39,401 nucleotides of DNA, from contig CAZXVE010000001.1 of NCBI GenBank assembly GCA_964644125.1, forward strand, positions 1 to 39,401, written 5' to 3'. Under the pieces are notes generated by a model. The model was not told where the DNA came from. It made no database searches and was given only the letters and a program-made list of their open reading frames with translations. Made by a program: the position numbers and the translations under genes. This stretch comes from an uncultured Muribaculaceae bacterium. GTDB taxonomy: Bacteria; Bacteroidota; Bacteroidia; Bacteroidales; UBA932. This document shows positions 8,924 to 18,973 of this stretch, in pieces (within the stretch, counting starts at the first letter, position 1; each line of letters begins with the position of its first letter).

Positions 8924-10475
8924 CATCATAAAGTTCATTCTGCAGAACGGTGTAGTCGGTAACCTCGACCAGGTTGATCCGGCACTTGTACTTCTTCTTC
9001 CATTTCCCGAGAAAGGATTTGTCTGTTAGCACTGCCGTGCCACGCTTGAGGTAGGCTCCCAGGATCGGGCTGACCTTGAGAGTCAGGTTTGTCTTCCCGT
9101 GCTCCACGCAGTAGGCTATGTTCCGTTCGATCTGTTCATCAATCACGATGCTTGAAGAGATCTTGCCTGTGCCATGGCACATCGGGCAGACCTCGGATGT
9201 GTTGATTTCCGTTGCCGGGCGAATCCTCTGACGAGTGATCTGCATCAGACCGAATTTGGTGAGCGGCAGCACGTTGTGCTTGGCTCTGTCACTTTCCATC
9301 AACGTTTGCATGTACTTGTGCAACTCGTTGCGGTGCTCGCCTGATTCCATGTCGATGAAATCCACGATCACGATTCCTCCCATGTCCCTGAGCCGAAGCT
9401 GTCTTGCAATCTCTTCCGCAGCGATCTTGTTGACCTCGAAGGTGTTTTCTTCCTGATTGTCAGTCTTTGCCCGGATTCCGCTGTTGACATCGATCACATT
9501 GAGAGCCTCGGTAGATTCAATGACCAGATAGGCTCCCTGCTTCATCGGCACCACCTTGCCGAAGGAACTCTTGATCTGTCTGTTGACCTCGAAATGGTCA
9601 AAGATGGAATCTTTCCCGTTGTACAGCTTCACAATCTTTTCCTGATCAGGAGAGATCAAGGAAATATATTTCTTCGTCTCCTCGAACACGTTTTCATCGT
9701 TGACATAGATGTTGGAGAACGTGTCGTTAAGGAGATCCCTGAGAATGGTGGTGGTTTTGCTGTACTCGGTGAACAGCAGCTCAACGCTCTTGGATCTGGC
9801 TATCTTGTTCCACGAAGATTCCCATTTTTCGATGAGGGATTTGAGTTCGGCCACAAGTACGGCCGCGTTCTTGCCTTCGGCAGCAGTGCGGATGATGGCA
9901 CCGTAGTTCTTCGGGAGAATGCTCTTGACCAGGGTCTCAAGTCTTCTTTTCTCTTCCTTTGAAGAGATTTTCTGGGAAACACTTACCTTGTCCGCGAACG
10001 GAATCAGTACAATGTTGCGTCCTGCCAATGAAATTTCCGCAGTCAGTCGTGACCCTTTTGTGGAGATCGGTTCCTTTACAATCTGCACAATCATCATCTG
10101 TCCCGGCTTCAGCACGTTTTCTATCCTGCCTTCCTTTTCAAGAACCGGCCCGATGTCTATGCTTGAGTACAATGCATGAAGATCCGTGTTCGGATTGCTC
10201 TTCCGCACGAACTCGTCAAACGGGGAGAAGTGTAGCCCCAGATCCAGATAATGAACAAATGCTTCCTTCTTGTCTCCGATGTCCACAAAGGCAGCGTTGA
10301 GCGCAGGAAGAATCTTCTTCACTTTTCCAAGGTAAACGTCCCCGACGGAAAAACTGTGCCCTTTGCTGGACTCTTTGTTGAGTTCAATCAGCCGATGGTT
10401 TTCCATCAGTGCGATGTGAACTTCAGTCGATGTGACATCGACGATCAAATCTTTTTCAGATTTTTCTGACTCCAT
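8904..10475 (-). CDS. rng: Rne/Rng family ribonuclease (RNase E/G)
   Basis: S1 domain GDVYLGKVKKILPALNAAFVDIG; KEPISTKGSRLT; VIDVNSG; RQLRLRDMGGIVIVDFIDM; Zn-link CPMCHGTG. Confidence 0.95.
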   Translation of the reverse strand: MESEKSEKDLIVDVTSTEVHIALMENHRLIELNKESSKGHSFSVGDVYLGKVKKILPALNAAFVDIGDKKEAFVHYLDLGLHFSPFDEFVRKSNPNTDLHALYSSIDIGPVLEKEGRIENVLKPGQMMIVQIVKEPISTKGSRLTAEISLAGRNIVLIPFADKVSVSQKISSKEEKRRLETLVKSILPKNYGAIIRTAAEGKNAAVLVAELKSLIEKWESSWNKIARSKSVELLFTEYSKTTTILRDLLNDTFSNIYVNDENVFEETKKYISLISPDQEKIVKLYNGKDSIFDHFEVNRQIKSSFGKVVPMKQGAYLVIESTEALNVIDVNSGIRAKTDNQEENTFEVNKIAAEEIARQLRLRDMGGIVIVDFIDMESGEHRNELHKYMQTLMESDRAKHNVLPLTKFGLMQITRQRIRPATEINTSEVCPMCHGTGKISSSIVIDEQIERNIAYCVEHGKTNLTLKVSPILGAYLKRGTAVLTDKSFLGKWKKKYKCRINLVEVTDYTVLQNELYDEKGDRL

Positions 10476-10532
10476 AAGGAAATAACAATGGTAATAATCC
10501 GGCGTCTTGCCGGCTTATTTCTTAACGATAAT

Positions 10533-10568
10533 AAAAAAGGCTGTCCGGCACTTCCGGTCAGCCTTTTT
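10533..10568 (-). terminator. Intrinsic terminator after HU-bS22, upstream of rng
   Basis: AAAAAAGGCTG-T-CCGG / CCGG-T-CAGCCTTTTT hairpin with A/T tracts on both sides. Confidence 0.75.
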
Positions 10569-10605
10569 CTCTTAGCAGACTGCTAAAATGGCAGGCACAG
10601 AAGCA

Positions 10606-10695
10606 TTACTTCTTCTTGTGTCTGTTCTTGCGCAAGCGTTTTTTACGCTTGTGCGTCGACATCTTATGTCTCTTTCTTTTCTTTCCGCTTGGCAT
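10606..10695 (-). CDS. 29-aa basic protein, 30S ribosomal protein bS22-like (AURKAIP1/COX24/mS38 family); below the ORF-track cutoff
   Basis: Hand translation of the minus strand: MPSGKKRKRHKMSTHKRKKRLRKNRHKKK-stop; AT-rich initiation region 21 nt downstream of the HU stop. Confidence 0.9.
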   Translation of the reverse strand: MPSGKKRKRHKMSTHKRKKRLRKNRHKKK

Positions 10696-10716
10696 AATAA
10701 AAAGAATTTTAAATAA

Positions 10717-10998
10717 TTATTTTTCCTCCTTAACTGCGTTCACGAAAACCTTTGCAGGCTTGAATGCCGGAATGTCGTGTGCAGGGATGGTCATTGTTGT
10801 CTTCTTGGTAATGTTCCTGGCTGCCTTCTTTGCTCTGTGCTTCACGATGAAGCTACCGAAACCGCGGAGATAAACAGGTTCCTTTCTGATGATGGAGCCT
10901 TTTACGGTGTCCATGAAAGCCTCGATCACGGACTGAACTGCGATCTTCTCGATTCCGGTTGATTTTGCAACCTCATTTACGATTTCTGCCTTTGTCAT
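10717..10998 (-). CDS. HU/IHF family DNA-binding protein
   Basis: MTKAEIVNEVAK...VYLRGFGSFIVKHRAKKAARNI...IPAHDIPAFKPAK. Confidence 0.96.
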   Translation of the reverse strand: MTKAEIVNEVAKSTGIEKIAVQSVIEAFMDTVKGSIIRKEPVYLRGFGSFIVKHRAKKAARNITKKTTMTIPAHDIPAFKPAKVFVNAVKEEK

Positions 10999-11056
10999 AA
11001 TCTATTAATATTATTAGGATTTGCTATAAAAATCCCCCAAGTTCGTTTGGGGGTAC

Positions 11057-11064
11057 AAAAATAG
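11057..11064 (-). promoter_or_regulatory. -7 promoter element for the HU-bS22 unit
   Basis: TATTTTTG on the minus strand, followed at once by a CCCCCAA/TTGGGGG hairpin (11034-11053) at the predicted transcript 5' end. Confidence 0.6.
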
Positions 11065-11117
11065 ACTTATTTTTTTAATATTCAAAATCATATGTCAAAT
11101 TATTGCCTATATTTTTT

Positions 11118-11132
11118 TGGCACGGTGATTGA
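11118..11132 (+). promoter_or_regulatory. Sigma-54-type -24/-12 promoter of lon
   Basis: TGGCACG-GTGA-TTGA: perfect -24 box with correct spacing to TTG. Confidence 0.65.
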
Positions 11133-11215
11133 CAATATACGCGGATGCTTGTCGGACTGTACCGTCCCTGACAAATTGGCAGGACGCGTTCTGAGGCATA
11201 TTTGAACTGAATATT

Positions 11216-13627
11216 ATGAACACAGACAACAATAAGAATTTCTTCATTCCGGGCGGAACCGCGGAAGTGAACATAATCCCTGTGATGCAGGGAGAAGAAC
11301 AGATTAAGGTGGAGGCCGGAGACCTTCCTGAAGTGCTGCCGATCCTGGCGTTGAGGAATGCGGTTCTTTTCCCCGGCATGGTCTATCCTGTCACGATAGG
11401 CAGACAGAAATCCATCGCTCTGATCAAGGATGCTGAAAAACGCGACTCTTTCATAGGAGCCGTTCCGCAGGTGGACGTCTCCGTTGAGGATCCGTCCGAG
11501 AAGGATCTTAATGAATATGGTACGGTCAGCCGCATCATGAAGGTTCTGGAGATGCCGGACGGCACGATTACCGCTATTCTTCAGGGCGTCAAGCGCATCC
11601 GTCTGGCCGGTGTTGTGTCGTACGAACCTTACATCACGGCCAGGGTGAAATATGTTGACGACATTGTTCCGGAGAACGATGACAACACCAGGATGATTGC
11701 CGAATCCCTCAAGGAAAAGGCTTCGGTAATCATAAAGTCATCGTCTTTCGCGCCCAAAGAGGCTGTAGGAGCATTGAAATCCATTGACAATTATGCATTT
11801 CTGGTGAATTTCATAGCTACTACGGTGGAGATTGAAAACTTTATTGAGAAAGTTCAGCTGCTCGGAATCGATGACATCACGGTAAGGGCAATGAAACTTC
11901 TCCAGGTTTTGGATACCCAGATCCAGCTTCTGAAAATAAAACAGGAGATCAACCAGAAAGTCAAGAGCGACATAGACCAGCAGCAAAGGGAGTATTACCT
12001 TAACAATCAGCTTCGTACCATTCAGGAGGAACTTGGTATGGACGAAGAGGAGGAGTTTGAGAAATTCCGTGCCAAGGCAAAGACGAAAAAATGGCCTGAG
12101 GCGGTGGCCCGGCAGTTCGAGAAGGAATTGGCAAAGCTGGAAAAGTACAATCCGTCTTCGCCGGACTACAGCATCCAGTACAACTACATTGAGTTCATGC
12201 TGAACCTGCCGTGGGGCGAAATGTCAAAGGATAATCTGGACCTGAAGCATGCCCAGAAGGTGCTGGACAGCGATCACTACGGTCTCGACACGGTGAAGGA
12301 AAGAATAATCGAATACCTCGCCGTCCTTAAGCTGAAGGGCAACATGAAGTCTCCGATTCTCTGTCTCTACGGTCCTCCAGGAGTCGGCAAGACAAGTCTC
12401 GGCAAGTCGATAGCAAGGGCGCTGGGAAGAAAATATGTCAGGATAGCTCTTGGTGGCATGCACGATGAGGCCGAGTTGAGAGGCCACAGGAAAACCTACA
12501 TCGGTGCTCTTCCTGGACGGATTCTGAACGGAATAGACAAGGCCGGCACATCCAACCCGGTCATTGTCCTGGATGAAATCGACAAGGTAGGCAACGACTA
12601 CAAGGGCGATCCGTCGTCCGCTCTTCTGGAAGTGCTTGATCCGGAACAGAACATTGCGTTCCATGACAACTATCTTGACATCGACTATGATCTCTCCAAC
12701 GTTCTGTTCATCACCACGGCGAACAACATCTCTACGATCCAGTCCGCCTTGCTTGACAGAATGGAACTGATCAACGTGACCGGTTATCTCGCTGAGGAGA
12801 AGATGGAGATAGCCAAGCATTATCTTGTCCCGAGGCAATTGGAGGAGCATGGAATAGGCAGGAAGGAACTTCGTATCGACAAGGCCGCCATGGCTGCCAT
12901 AATTGATGAATACACCCATGAGTCCGGAGTCCGTGGCTTGGAAAAGCAGATAGCCAAGATAGCGAGAGTGACGGCCAAGAAGATTGCCCTTGGGGAGAAT
13001 TATCCTTCCGTCATCAAGAAAGAGCACCTCAAGGAATATCTCGGTTTGCCGACCAATTTCCATGATCTCCAGAAAGGCAACGAGGCACCAGGGGTCGTTA
13101 CCGGCCTTGCATGGACGCAGATGGGCGGCGAGATTCTGTTCGTGGAGAGTTCCGTCAGCGGTGGAAAGGGTGTCATGACCATGACCGGTAATCTTGGTGA
13201 TGTCATGAAGGAGTCTGCCACAATTGCCTACCAGTACATAAAGGCGCATCCGCAGCTTGCCAGGATGACCTCTGAAGAATTCGGTGCCAAGGACATCCAT
13301 GTGCACGTTCCTGAAGGTGCCGTACCTAAGGACGGTCCGTCCGCCGGCATAACCATGGTCAGTTCGATGGTTTCGGCTCTTCGTGGAGAAGCTGTCAAGT
13401 CCGGAATAGCTATGACCGGCGAGATGACGCTCAGGGGCCGTGTGCTTCCTGTGGGCGGCATCAAGGAGAAGATCCTTGCAGCAAAGCGCGCCGGGGTCAC
13501 GGAAATCGTCATTTCCGAGGATAACCGCAAGGATGTCGAGGACATCAAGCCGATCTACGTCGAAGGTCTGTCGTTCCACTACGTCAAGAATATCGGCGAC
13601 GTGATTTCATACATATTCAAAGATTAA
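11216..13627 (+). CDS. lon: ATP-dependent Lon protease
   Basis: N-domain [14 protein letters not shown]; Walker [10 protein letters not shown]; Walker B VLDEIDK; catalytic PKDGPSAG and [10 protein letters not shown]. Confidence 0.98.
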   Translation: MNTDNNKNFFIPGGTAEVNIIPVMQGEEQIKVEAGDLPEVLPILALRNAVLFPGMVYPVTIGRQKSIALIKDAEKRDSFIGAVPQVDVSVEDPSEKDLNEYGTVSRIMKVLEMPDGTITAILQGVKRIRLAGVVSYEPYITARVKYVDDIVPENDDNTRMIAESLKEKASVIIKSSSFAPKEAVGALKSIDNYAFLVNFIATTVEIENFIEKVQLLGIDDITVRAMKLLQVLDTQIQLLKIKQEINQKVKSDIDQQQREYYLNNQLRTIQEELGMDEEEEFEKFRAKAKTKKWPEAVARQFEKELAKLEKYNPSSPDYSIQYNYIEFMLNLPWGEMSKDNLDLKHAQKVLDSDHYGLDTVKERIIEYLAVLKLKGNMKSPILCLYGPPGVGKTSLGKSIARALGRKYVRIALGGMHDEAELRGHRKTYIGALPGRILNGIDKAGTSNPVIVLDEIDKVGNDYKGDPSSALLEVLDPEQNIAFHDNYLDIDYDLSNVLFITTANNISTIQSALLDRMELINVTGYLAEEKMEIAKHYLVPRQLEEHGIGRKELRIDKAAMAAIIDEYTHESGVRGLEKQIAKIARVTAKKIALGENYPSVIKKEHLKEYLGLPTNFHDLQKGNEAPGVVTGLAWTQMGGEILFVESSVSGGKGVMTMTGNLGDVMKESATIAYQYIKAHPQLARMTSEEFGAKDIHVHVPEGAVPKDGPSAGITMVSSMVSALRGEAVKSGIAMTGEMTLRGRVLPVGGIKEKILAAKRAGVTEIVISEDNRKDVEDIKPIYVEGLSFHYVKNIGDVISYIFKD

Positions 13628-13672
13628 TGTTTATCTTAGCAGTCGTCAAGGATGAAAATCCTGCAAGCTGTT

Positions 13673-14341
13673 ATGGACGTAAAGATAGAAGAAAGTTGGA
13701 AGCAGGCGCTGCACAGTGAGTTCGATGAACCTTACTTTGCTGCGCTTGCCCGTTTCCTGCATCAGGAGAAGGCGGAGGGAAAAGTGATTTTTCCTCCCGG
13801 ACCGGAGATATTCAGAGCCTTTGAACTGACTCCTGTCGGTCAGGTGAAGGTCGTGATTCTCGGTCAGGATCCCTATCATGGTTATGGTCAGGCGATGGGA
13901 CTGAGTTTTTCAGTTCCTGACGGTATCCCGGCACCCCCGTCCCTCAAGAACATATTCAAAGAAATTGAAAGCGACCTTGGGATCAAGATGAGCGGCAGTC
14001 CGAATCTGGAAAAATGGGCGCGGCAGGGAGTCCTGCTGCTGAATTCCATACTTACGGTACGTTCCGGAGCTGCAGCTTCGCACAGCGGCATCGGGTGGCA
14101 GCGGTTTACTGATGCGGTGATCAAGTACATCTCCGATAATCTCAACGGTGTCGTGTTCCTGCTGTGGGGCAATTATGCCAGAAGCAAAAAGGAACTCATC
14201 GACACATCGCGGCATCATGTGCTGGAGGCGGCTCATCCGTCTCCTCTGGCAAGAGGTGCTTTTTTCGGTTGCCGTCACTTCTCCAGAACGAATGAAATTC
14301 TTGTCAGCGAAGGGAAAACTCCTGTTGACTGGCAGTTGTAA
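13673..14341 (+). CDS. ung: Uracil-DNA glycosylase (family 1)
   Basis: GQDPYH, GLSFS, PPSLKNI, GVLLLN, HPSPL motifs. Start is ATG 13673 (MDVKIEESWK) or 13652. Confidence 0.97.
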   Translation: MDVKIEESWKQALHSEFDEPYFAALARFLHQEKAEGKVIFPPGPEIFRAFELTPVGQVKVVILGQDPYHGYGQAMGLSFSVPDGIPAPPSLKNIFKEIESDLGIKMSGSPNLEKWARQGVLLLNSILTVRSGAAASHSGIGWQRFTDAVIKYISDNLNGVVFLLWGNYARSKKELIDTSRHHVLEAAHPSPLARGAFFGCRHFSRTNEILVSEGKTPVDWQL

Positions 14342-14356
14342 AATTCTGAAATTCAG

Positions 14357-14833
14357 ATGAAAAAGAACACTGTTGCATTGTTTCCCGGCTCATTCGACCC
14401 ATTTACGTCCGGCCACCTCAACATCCTGACAAGAGCCTTGACCATCTTTGATGAGGTCATTGTGGCTGTGGGAATCAATCAGGACAAGCGCGGTTTCTTC
14501 ACGATGGAGCAGCGCGAGGACATCATACGTCAGGCTACGAATGGCCTTGATGGAGTGAAAATTATTCATTATGAGGGACTTACGGTTGATATCTGCCGCG
14601 AGCTCGGCGTGAAGCACATAGTCCGCGGGGTTAGAAACATGACGGACTTTGACAACGAGCAGGCGATCGCCGACGCGAACCGCCATCTGGCACCGGAGGT
14701 CGATACCATAATCATCCCTACGGCACAGGGCTATTCGCACATTTCCTCCTCGGCGGTGAGGGATGTTATCCGCCACCGTGGTGACCTGTCCCAGTTCATC
14801 CCGGAAGGAGTGGTGCTTCCGGATGCAAGATGA
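14357..14833 (+). CDS. coaD: Pantetheine-phosphate adenylyltransferase
   Basis: FPGSFDPFTSGH, IVRGVRN..DF..E, HISSSAVR. Confidence 0.96.
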   Translation: MKKNTVALFPGSFDPFTSGHLNILTRALTIFDEVIVAVGINQDKRGFFTMEQREDIIRQATNGLDGVKIIHYEGLTVDICRELGVKHIVRGVRNMTDFDNEQAIADANRHLAPEVDTIIIPTAQGYSHISSSAVRDVIRHRGDLSQFIPEGVVLPDAR

Positions 14834-16263
14834 AACGGCTTGCTGGAATATTCATCGGTCTGGTCTTGTGTCTGTCCGCTTCGCTTCGCTGTGCCGGGCA
14901 GATTGATTCTGCACGTCTGGCCGGACTGGACGGTCGGCTTGAGGAGTATTTCCGCACATTGGAACCCGAAAGCATTGAAGTCAAGAATGAAGAGTGCGAT
15001 CTGCTGGTCAGCTCCGCAAGAGATTCGCTTCTGCGCCGTCACATCGCCCTGAAGATCTACGATCACTATCTCGAATCCAAAGTCATGGGAGACGAGGCTG
15101 TTGCAATCCACATGACTGACAAATGGTTCGCCTCCCGTCTGATTGACATGGGCGGGGAGGATGTCCTGCTGAACGCCAGGATCTACGCTGATTTCAACAG
15201 GCAGTCCCTCCTCGGGATGCAGGCTCCTGTCATCGAGATGACGGCCCCGGACGGCGGCCGTGTGACGGTCGGCGGCGGCTCGGACCGTTACACTGTCCTG
15301 TTCTTCTTCGACACGGACTGTGCGAAATGTCGGCTTGAGACCATCCTGCTGCGCTCGAAACTCAACCAGAGGAACTGGCCTGTGGACTTCTACGCGATCT
15401 ACACCGGCACGGACGCCGCTGCCTGGAAGGAATGGAGGGAACAGAAGTTCGCCGTCACAGCCTCCCGGACAAAGGTGACCCATCTCTGGGACCCGGAGGT
15501 GGAGTCGGACTTCCAGATGAAATACGGCGTGATCCAGACTCCACGGATGTTCCTTCTGGACAAGTCGGGGACCATCGTGGGCCGCGGGCTTGACACCTCC
15601 GCGCTCGACCGGCTTCTCGGAATCTTCCTTTCCGACGCCCCTTATGAATATGGCGGAGCGGCTTCCGCGGCGTTGATGGACAAGCTCTTCGGATCCTACG
15701 GCACCTTGGAGGCCGGAAATGTTATGGATGTGGCCAAAATCCTGGAGGACAGAACCTTGGCGAAAGGCGACACCACCTTCTTCAAGCACCTGGAAGGCGA
15801 CCTTCTCTACTGGCTGACCTCCCGCCGCGACGAGGCGTGCAAGGAAGGGACGCTTCCTTTCATCAATGAATATGTCCTCTCGCGTCCCGGCATCTGGAAC
15901 ACCCAGGATGACACGCTGAAGGTCGTCGGGCTGGCCAGGATGATGGGCGACCTGCTCTCCAGAACGCCGGTTGGCTCGAAACTGCCTGTCTTCAAGCATA
16001 TTCAAGGATGGAAGAAGTTGAGGTCGAAGGGAGGCTACATAGTCTTCCATTCGCAGGGATGTCCCGTCTGCCACGAGGAACTCGCCGCCGCCGATTCGCT
16101 GGGATTCAGGACTTTGGATGTGGATGTCGATGCCATAATGGCCTCTGATCCGGAACTCGGCAGGTCGCTGCTGGACACTTTCGATCTTTCCTCCATGCCA
16201 TTCATCATCGAGGTCTCGCGAAGGGGAACAGTCAGAAGACGCTACGTTTCATTTATGGAATGA
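14830..16263 (+). CDS. Exported TlpA/redoxin-like protein with two CxxC thioredoxin-fold modules
   Basis: Signal peptide; FFDTDCAKC with YGVIQTPRMFLLDK; second FHSQGCPVC with FDLSSMPFI; ATGA overlap with coaD. Confidence 0.75.
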   Translation: MKRLAGIFIGLVLCLSASLRCAGQIDSARLAGLDGRLEEYFRTLEPESIEVKNEECDLLVSSARDSLLRRHIALKIYDHYLESKVMGDEAVAIHMTDKWFASRLIDMGGEDVLLNARIYADFNRQSLLGMQAPVIEMTAPDGGRVTVGGGSDRYTVLFFFDTDCAKCRLETILLRSKLNQRNWPVDFYAIYTGTDAAAWKEWREQKFAVTASRTKVTHLWDPEVESDFQMKYGVIQTPRMFLLDKSGTIVGRGLDTSALDRLLGIFLSDAPYEYGGAASAALMDKLFGSYGTLEAGNVMDVAKILEDRTLAKGDTTFFKHLEGDLLYWLTSRRDEACKEGTLPFINEYVLSRPGIWNTQDDTLKVVGLARMMGDLLSRTPVGSKLPVFKHIQGWKKLRSKGGYIVFHSQGCPVCHEELAAADSLGFRTLDVDVDAIMASDPELGRSLLDTFDLSSMPFIIEVSRRGTVRRRYVSFME

Positions 16264-16287
16264 CCCTGTTCGGGTTGAACGGATTTT

Positions 16288-16590
16288 TCAGCCTATCGCT
16301 TTCCTGAGAACTCTTGTCAGCTGATCGGAGCAGGATGTACCGCGTCCGTGGCAGTTCACTCCGGCAAGGATGTCTATCGCCTTTGTCGCTTCCATCCCTT
16401 CCAGCAGTCTTCCGACCGCCTGCAGGTTGCCGTCGCATCCCTTGATGTACCGGAGGTCGTGAATACGCCCGTCCACCAGATCAAAATCAATCTGGGCGGA
16501 ACAAACCATTGCGCTTGGAATTGCCGTGATGTGCCTGACCCCGTCAGACATTTTGTCAGAAACTATCTTGAAGTCGTCGCCTATAATCAT
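16288..16590 (-). CDS. TIGR03905 family TSCPD-domain protein
   Basis: VCSAQIDF..GCDGNLQAVGRLLEGM..GVNCHGRGTSCSDQL signature. Confidence 0.88.
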   Translation of the reverse strand: MIIGDDFKIVSDKMSDGVRHITAIPSAMVCSAQIDFDLVDGRIHDLRYIKGCDGNLQAVGRLLEGMEATKAIDILAGVNCHGRGTSCSDQLTRVLRKAIG

Positions 16591-16649
16591 AGTGATGATT
16601 GTTAAACGTTTAAAAGATTATCAGCTTTTTATAAAGTTTTCAGTATTCA

Positions 16650-16687
16650 CAAAAATATGAAACTTTCATGAAAATAAAGTAACTTTG
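16650..16687. promoter_or_regulatory. Divergent -7 promoter elements for TSCPD (minus) and fba (plus)
   Basis: CAAAAATA at 16650-16657 (TATTTTTG on minus) and TAACTTTG at 16680-16687. Confidence 0.6.
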
Positions 16688-16742
16688 CACGGCATTTGAA
16701 GGAAACTTTTGCCGGAAAATTAATTTCTAAACACATAGAATT

Positions 16743-17744
16743 ATGGTATCATACAAAGATCTTGGCCTGGTCAACACCAGAGAGATGTTCGCTAAGGCCG
16801 TAAAGGGCGGGTATGCAATTCCTGCGTTCAACTTCAACAATATGGAGCAGCTTCAGGCCATCATCCAGGCCTCTGCCGCACAGAAGTCACCTGTAATCCT
16901 TCAGGTCTCCAAGGGCGCCCGCAACTATGCCAACCAGACCCTTCTCCGTTATATGGCTGAAGGCGCTGTCCAGTACGCCAAGGAACTCGGATGGGAGCAT
17001 CCTCAGATCGTTCTCCATCTCGACCACGGCGACAGCTTCGAGCTTTGCAAGAGCTGCGTCGATATGGGCTTCTCTTCCGTTATGATCGACGGTTCCGCCC
17101 TTCCTTACGAGGACAACATCGCTCTCACCAAGAAGGTTGTGGAATATGCTCATCAGTATGATGTTACAGTTGAGGCTGAGCTCGGCGTTCTCGCAGGTGT
17201 CGAGGATGAGGTCGCCGCTGAAGAGTCTCATTACACCAAGCCTGAGGAGGTCATCGACTTCGCCACCCGCACGGGCTGCGATTCCCTCGCCATCTCCATC
17301 GGTACTTCCCACGGTGCTTACAAGTTCAAGCCTGAGCAGTGCACCAGAGACCCTAAGACCGGCCGTCTCGTACCTCCGCCACTTGCATTCGACGTTCTTC
17401 ACGAGGTTGAGAAGAAACTTCCTGGATTCCCTATCGTTCTCCACGGATCATCTTCAGTTCCTCAGGAGTATGTTGACATCATCAACGCCAACGGCGGAAA
17501 ACTCCCTGATGCGGTAGGTATCCCTGAGGAGCAGCTCCGTGAGGCCGCAAAGAGCGCAGTCTGCAAGATCAACATCGACTCCGACAGCCGTCTTGCAATG
17601 ACCGCCGCCGTCCGCAAGGTCTTCAACGAGAAGCCAAGTGAGTTCGATCCGAGAAAGTACCTCGGACCTGCACGTGACGAAATGAAGAAGCTTTACGAGC
17701 ACAAGATCGTTGACGTTCTTGGTTCAAACGGCAAAGCTGAGTAA
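16743..17744 (+). CDS. fba: Class II fructose-1,6-bisphosphate aldolase
   Basis: PAFNFNN, LHLDHG, SVMIDGS, VEAELG, GTSHGAYKF, VLHGSS, KINIDSD, FDPRKYL; strong codon bias. Confidence 0.97.
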   Translation: MVSYKDLGLVNTREMFAKAVKGGYAIPAFNFNNMEQLQAIIQASAAQKSPVILQVSKGARNYANQTLLRYMAEGAVQYAKELGWEHPQIVLHLDHGDSFELCKSCVDMGFSSVMIDGSALPYEDNIALTKKVVEYAHQYDVTVEAELGVLAGVEDEVAAEESHYTKPEEVIDFATRTGCDSLAISIGTSHGAYKFKPEQCTRDPKTGRLVPPPLAFDVLHEVEKKLPGFPIVLHGSSSVPQEYVDIINANGGKLPDAVGIPEEQLREAAKSAVCKINIDSDSRLAMTAAVRKVFNEKPSEFDPRKYLGPARDEMKKLYEHKIVDVLGSNGKAE

Positions 17745-17783
17745 TTTGCCGGTGCAGCTCAACAGCTGACAGTCAATCTATAG

Positions 17784-17826
17784 GAAATCGCCTCCAGCCT
17801 GATTTGGCTGAGGGCGATTTCTTGTT
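17784..17826 (+). terminator. Intrinsic terminator after fba
   Basis: GAAATCGCC..CAGCC / GGCTG..GGCGATTTC hairpin with TTTCTTGTT tail. Confidence 0.75.
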
Positions 17827-17920
17827 CTGACAATGAAGTGCGGTCTTCAGGATTCTGGCATGTTTGAGATTCTTGTTTTTATGTTTATTTTTACAAGAAA
17901 TTTAAATCCCGTATTGGACC

Positions 17921-18934
17921 ATGCTTATGAATAAATTGTTTTTTATTCTGATTTTGTTTCTTTCAGTAAGTCTCTCCGTCGTGGCGCAGGACGATAACTT
18001 TGTCAATATAGGGCTTCAGGCCAGAGTGGATTACCAGCGGGAGTACGTTAACGGAAGGGCTGTCAACGGCAACTGCGGATTCAGAGGCAGGAATGTAAGC
18101 ATCCTGATCAACGGGAAACTCAACGAACATTTCTCCTACAACTATAGGCAGCGGCTTTACCGTGGCCATGGCAACGAGAGTTTCTTCAATGCCACCGACT
18201 TCATTTATCTGACCTACCGGCCTGACCGCCACTGGAGCTTTTCCGGCGGAAAGCAGATTGTCGGGATCGGAGGGTACGACTATGACATTGCCCCCATCGA
18301 TATCCATTTCCTTTCTGAATACAGCAGCAACATATCCTGTTACCAGATGGGCGTCAACGCCGGATACTCATTTGGCGAGGGGGAGGATTTGCTGCGTTTC
18401 CAGATCTGTCAGAGCCCGTTCAGACAGGATGGAAGTGACATGTACGCCTTCAATCTTATGTGGAACGGTTTTCACGGTTGCTGGGAAACCATCTGGTCCG
18501 TTAATCTCATTGAAAGTCTTCCGGGAAGCTTCATCAGCTATCTTGCATTGGGCAACCGTTTCAAATACGGCAATCTGACGGTATTCGCGGACTTTATGAA
18601 CAGGTCGCTTGTGGACAGAATGTCCTTCCTGCGGGATTTTACTGTCATCGGAAAGGTGTCATATTCATTCAACGGCAAACTGAATGTTTTCGGCAAGGCA
18701 AGTTATGACCGCAATGACCTTGACGAGCAGGGTGATCTGTGTGTGCTGCCGGGAACGTCAATCGGAAGAATCGGATGCGGAATCGAGTATTGTCCGCTTG
18801 CGGACAACAGGATCCGTCTGCATGCCGCATTCTGCCACTCTTTCGGAAAGAACGGCAATCCGGCGGGGACTGCGCTCCCCGATCAGCAGATTGTCAGCGC
18901 CGGTCTTACCTGGAGGATGAGTCTGCTCCATTGA
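17921..18934 (+). CDS. Putative outer-membrane porin (Bacteroidales OprO/OprP-like)
   Basis: Signal peptide; alternating beta-strands; QARVDYQ, FSYNYRQRL, GKQIVGIGGYDYD patterns seen in Bacteroidales porin-family proteins. Confidence 0.65.
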   Translation: MLMNKLFFILILFLSVSLSVVAQDDNFVNIGLQARVDYQREYVNGRAVNGNCGFRGRNVSILINGKLNEHFSYNYRQRLYRGHGNESFFNATDFIYLTYRPDRHWSFSGGKQIVGIGGYDYDIAPIDIHFLSEYSSNISCYQMGVNAGYSFGEGEDLLRFQICQSPFRQDGSDMYAFNLMWNGFHGCWETIWSVNLIESLPGSFISYLALGNRFKYGNLTVFADFMNRSLVDRMSFLRDFTVIGKVSYSFNGKLNVFGKASYDRNDLDEQGDLCVLPGTSIGRIGCGIEYCPLADNRIRLHAAFCHSFGKNGNPAGTALPDQQIVSAGLTWRMSLLH

Positions 18935-18959
18935 TTACGGAAAGACCGCAAAAAATTCC

Positions 18960-18967
18960 TATTTTTG
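18960..18967 (+). promoter_or_regulatory. -7 promoter element for pnuC and downstream genes
   Basis: TATTTTTG, 6 nt before ATG 18974. Confidence 0.6.
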
Positions 18968-18973
18968 CAGTCT

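Noticed and set aside
12224..13579. 451-aa minus-strand ORF
   Set aside because: Fully antisense to lon with no recognisable motifs; explained by codon bias.
14731..16074. 447-aa minus-strand ORF
   Set aside because: Antisense shadow of the GC-rich thioredoxin-like gene; no protein-family features.
18935..18973. TPP or FMN riboswitch before pnuC
   Set aside because: The gap is only 39 nt and has no aptamer consensus.
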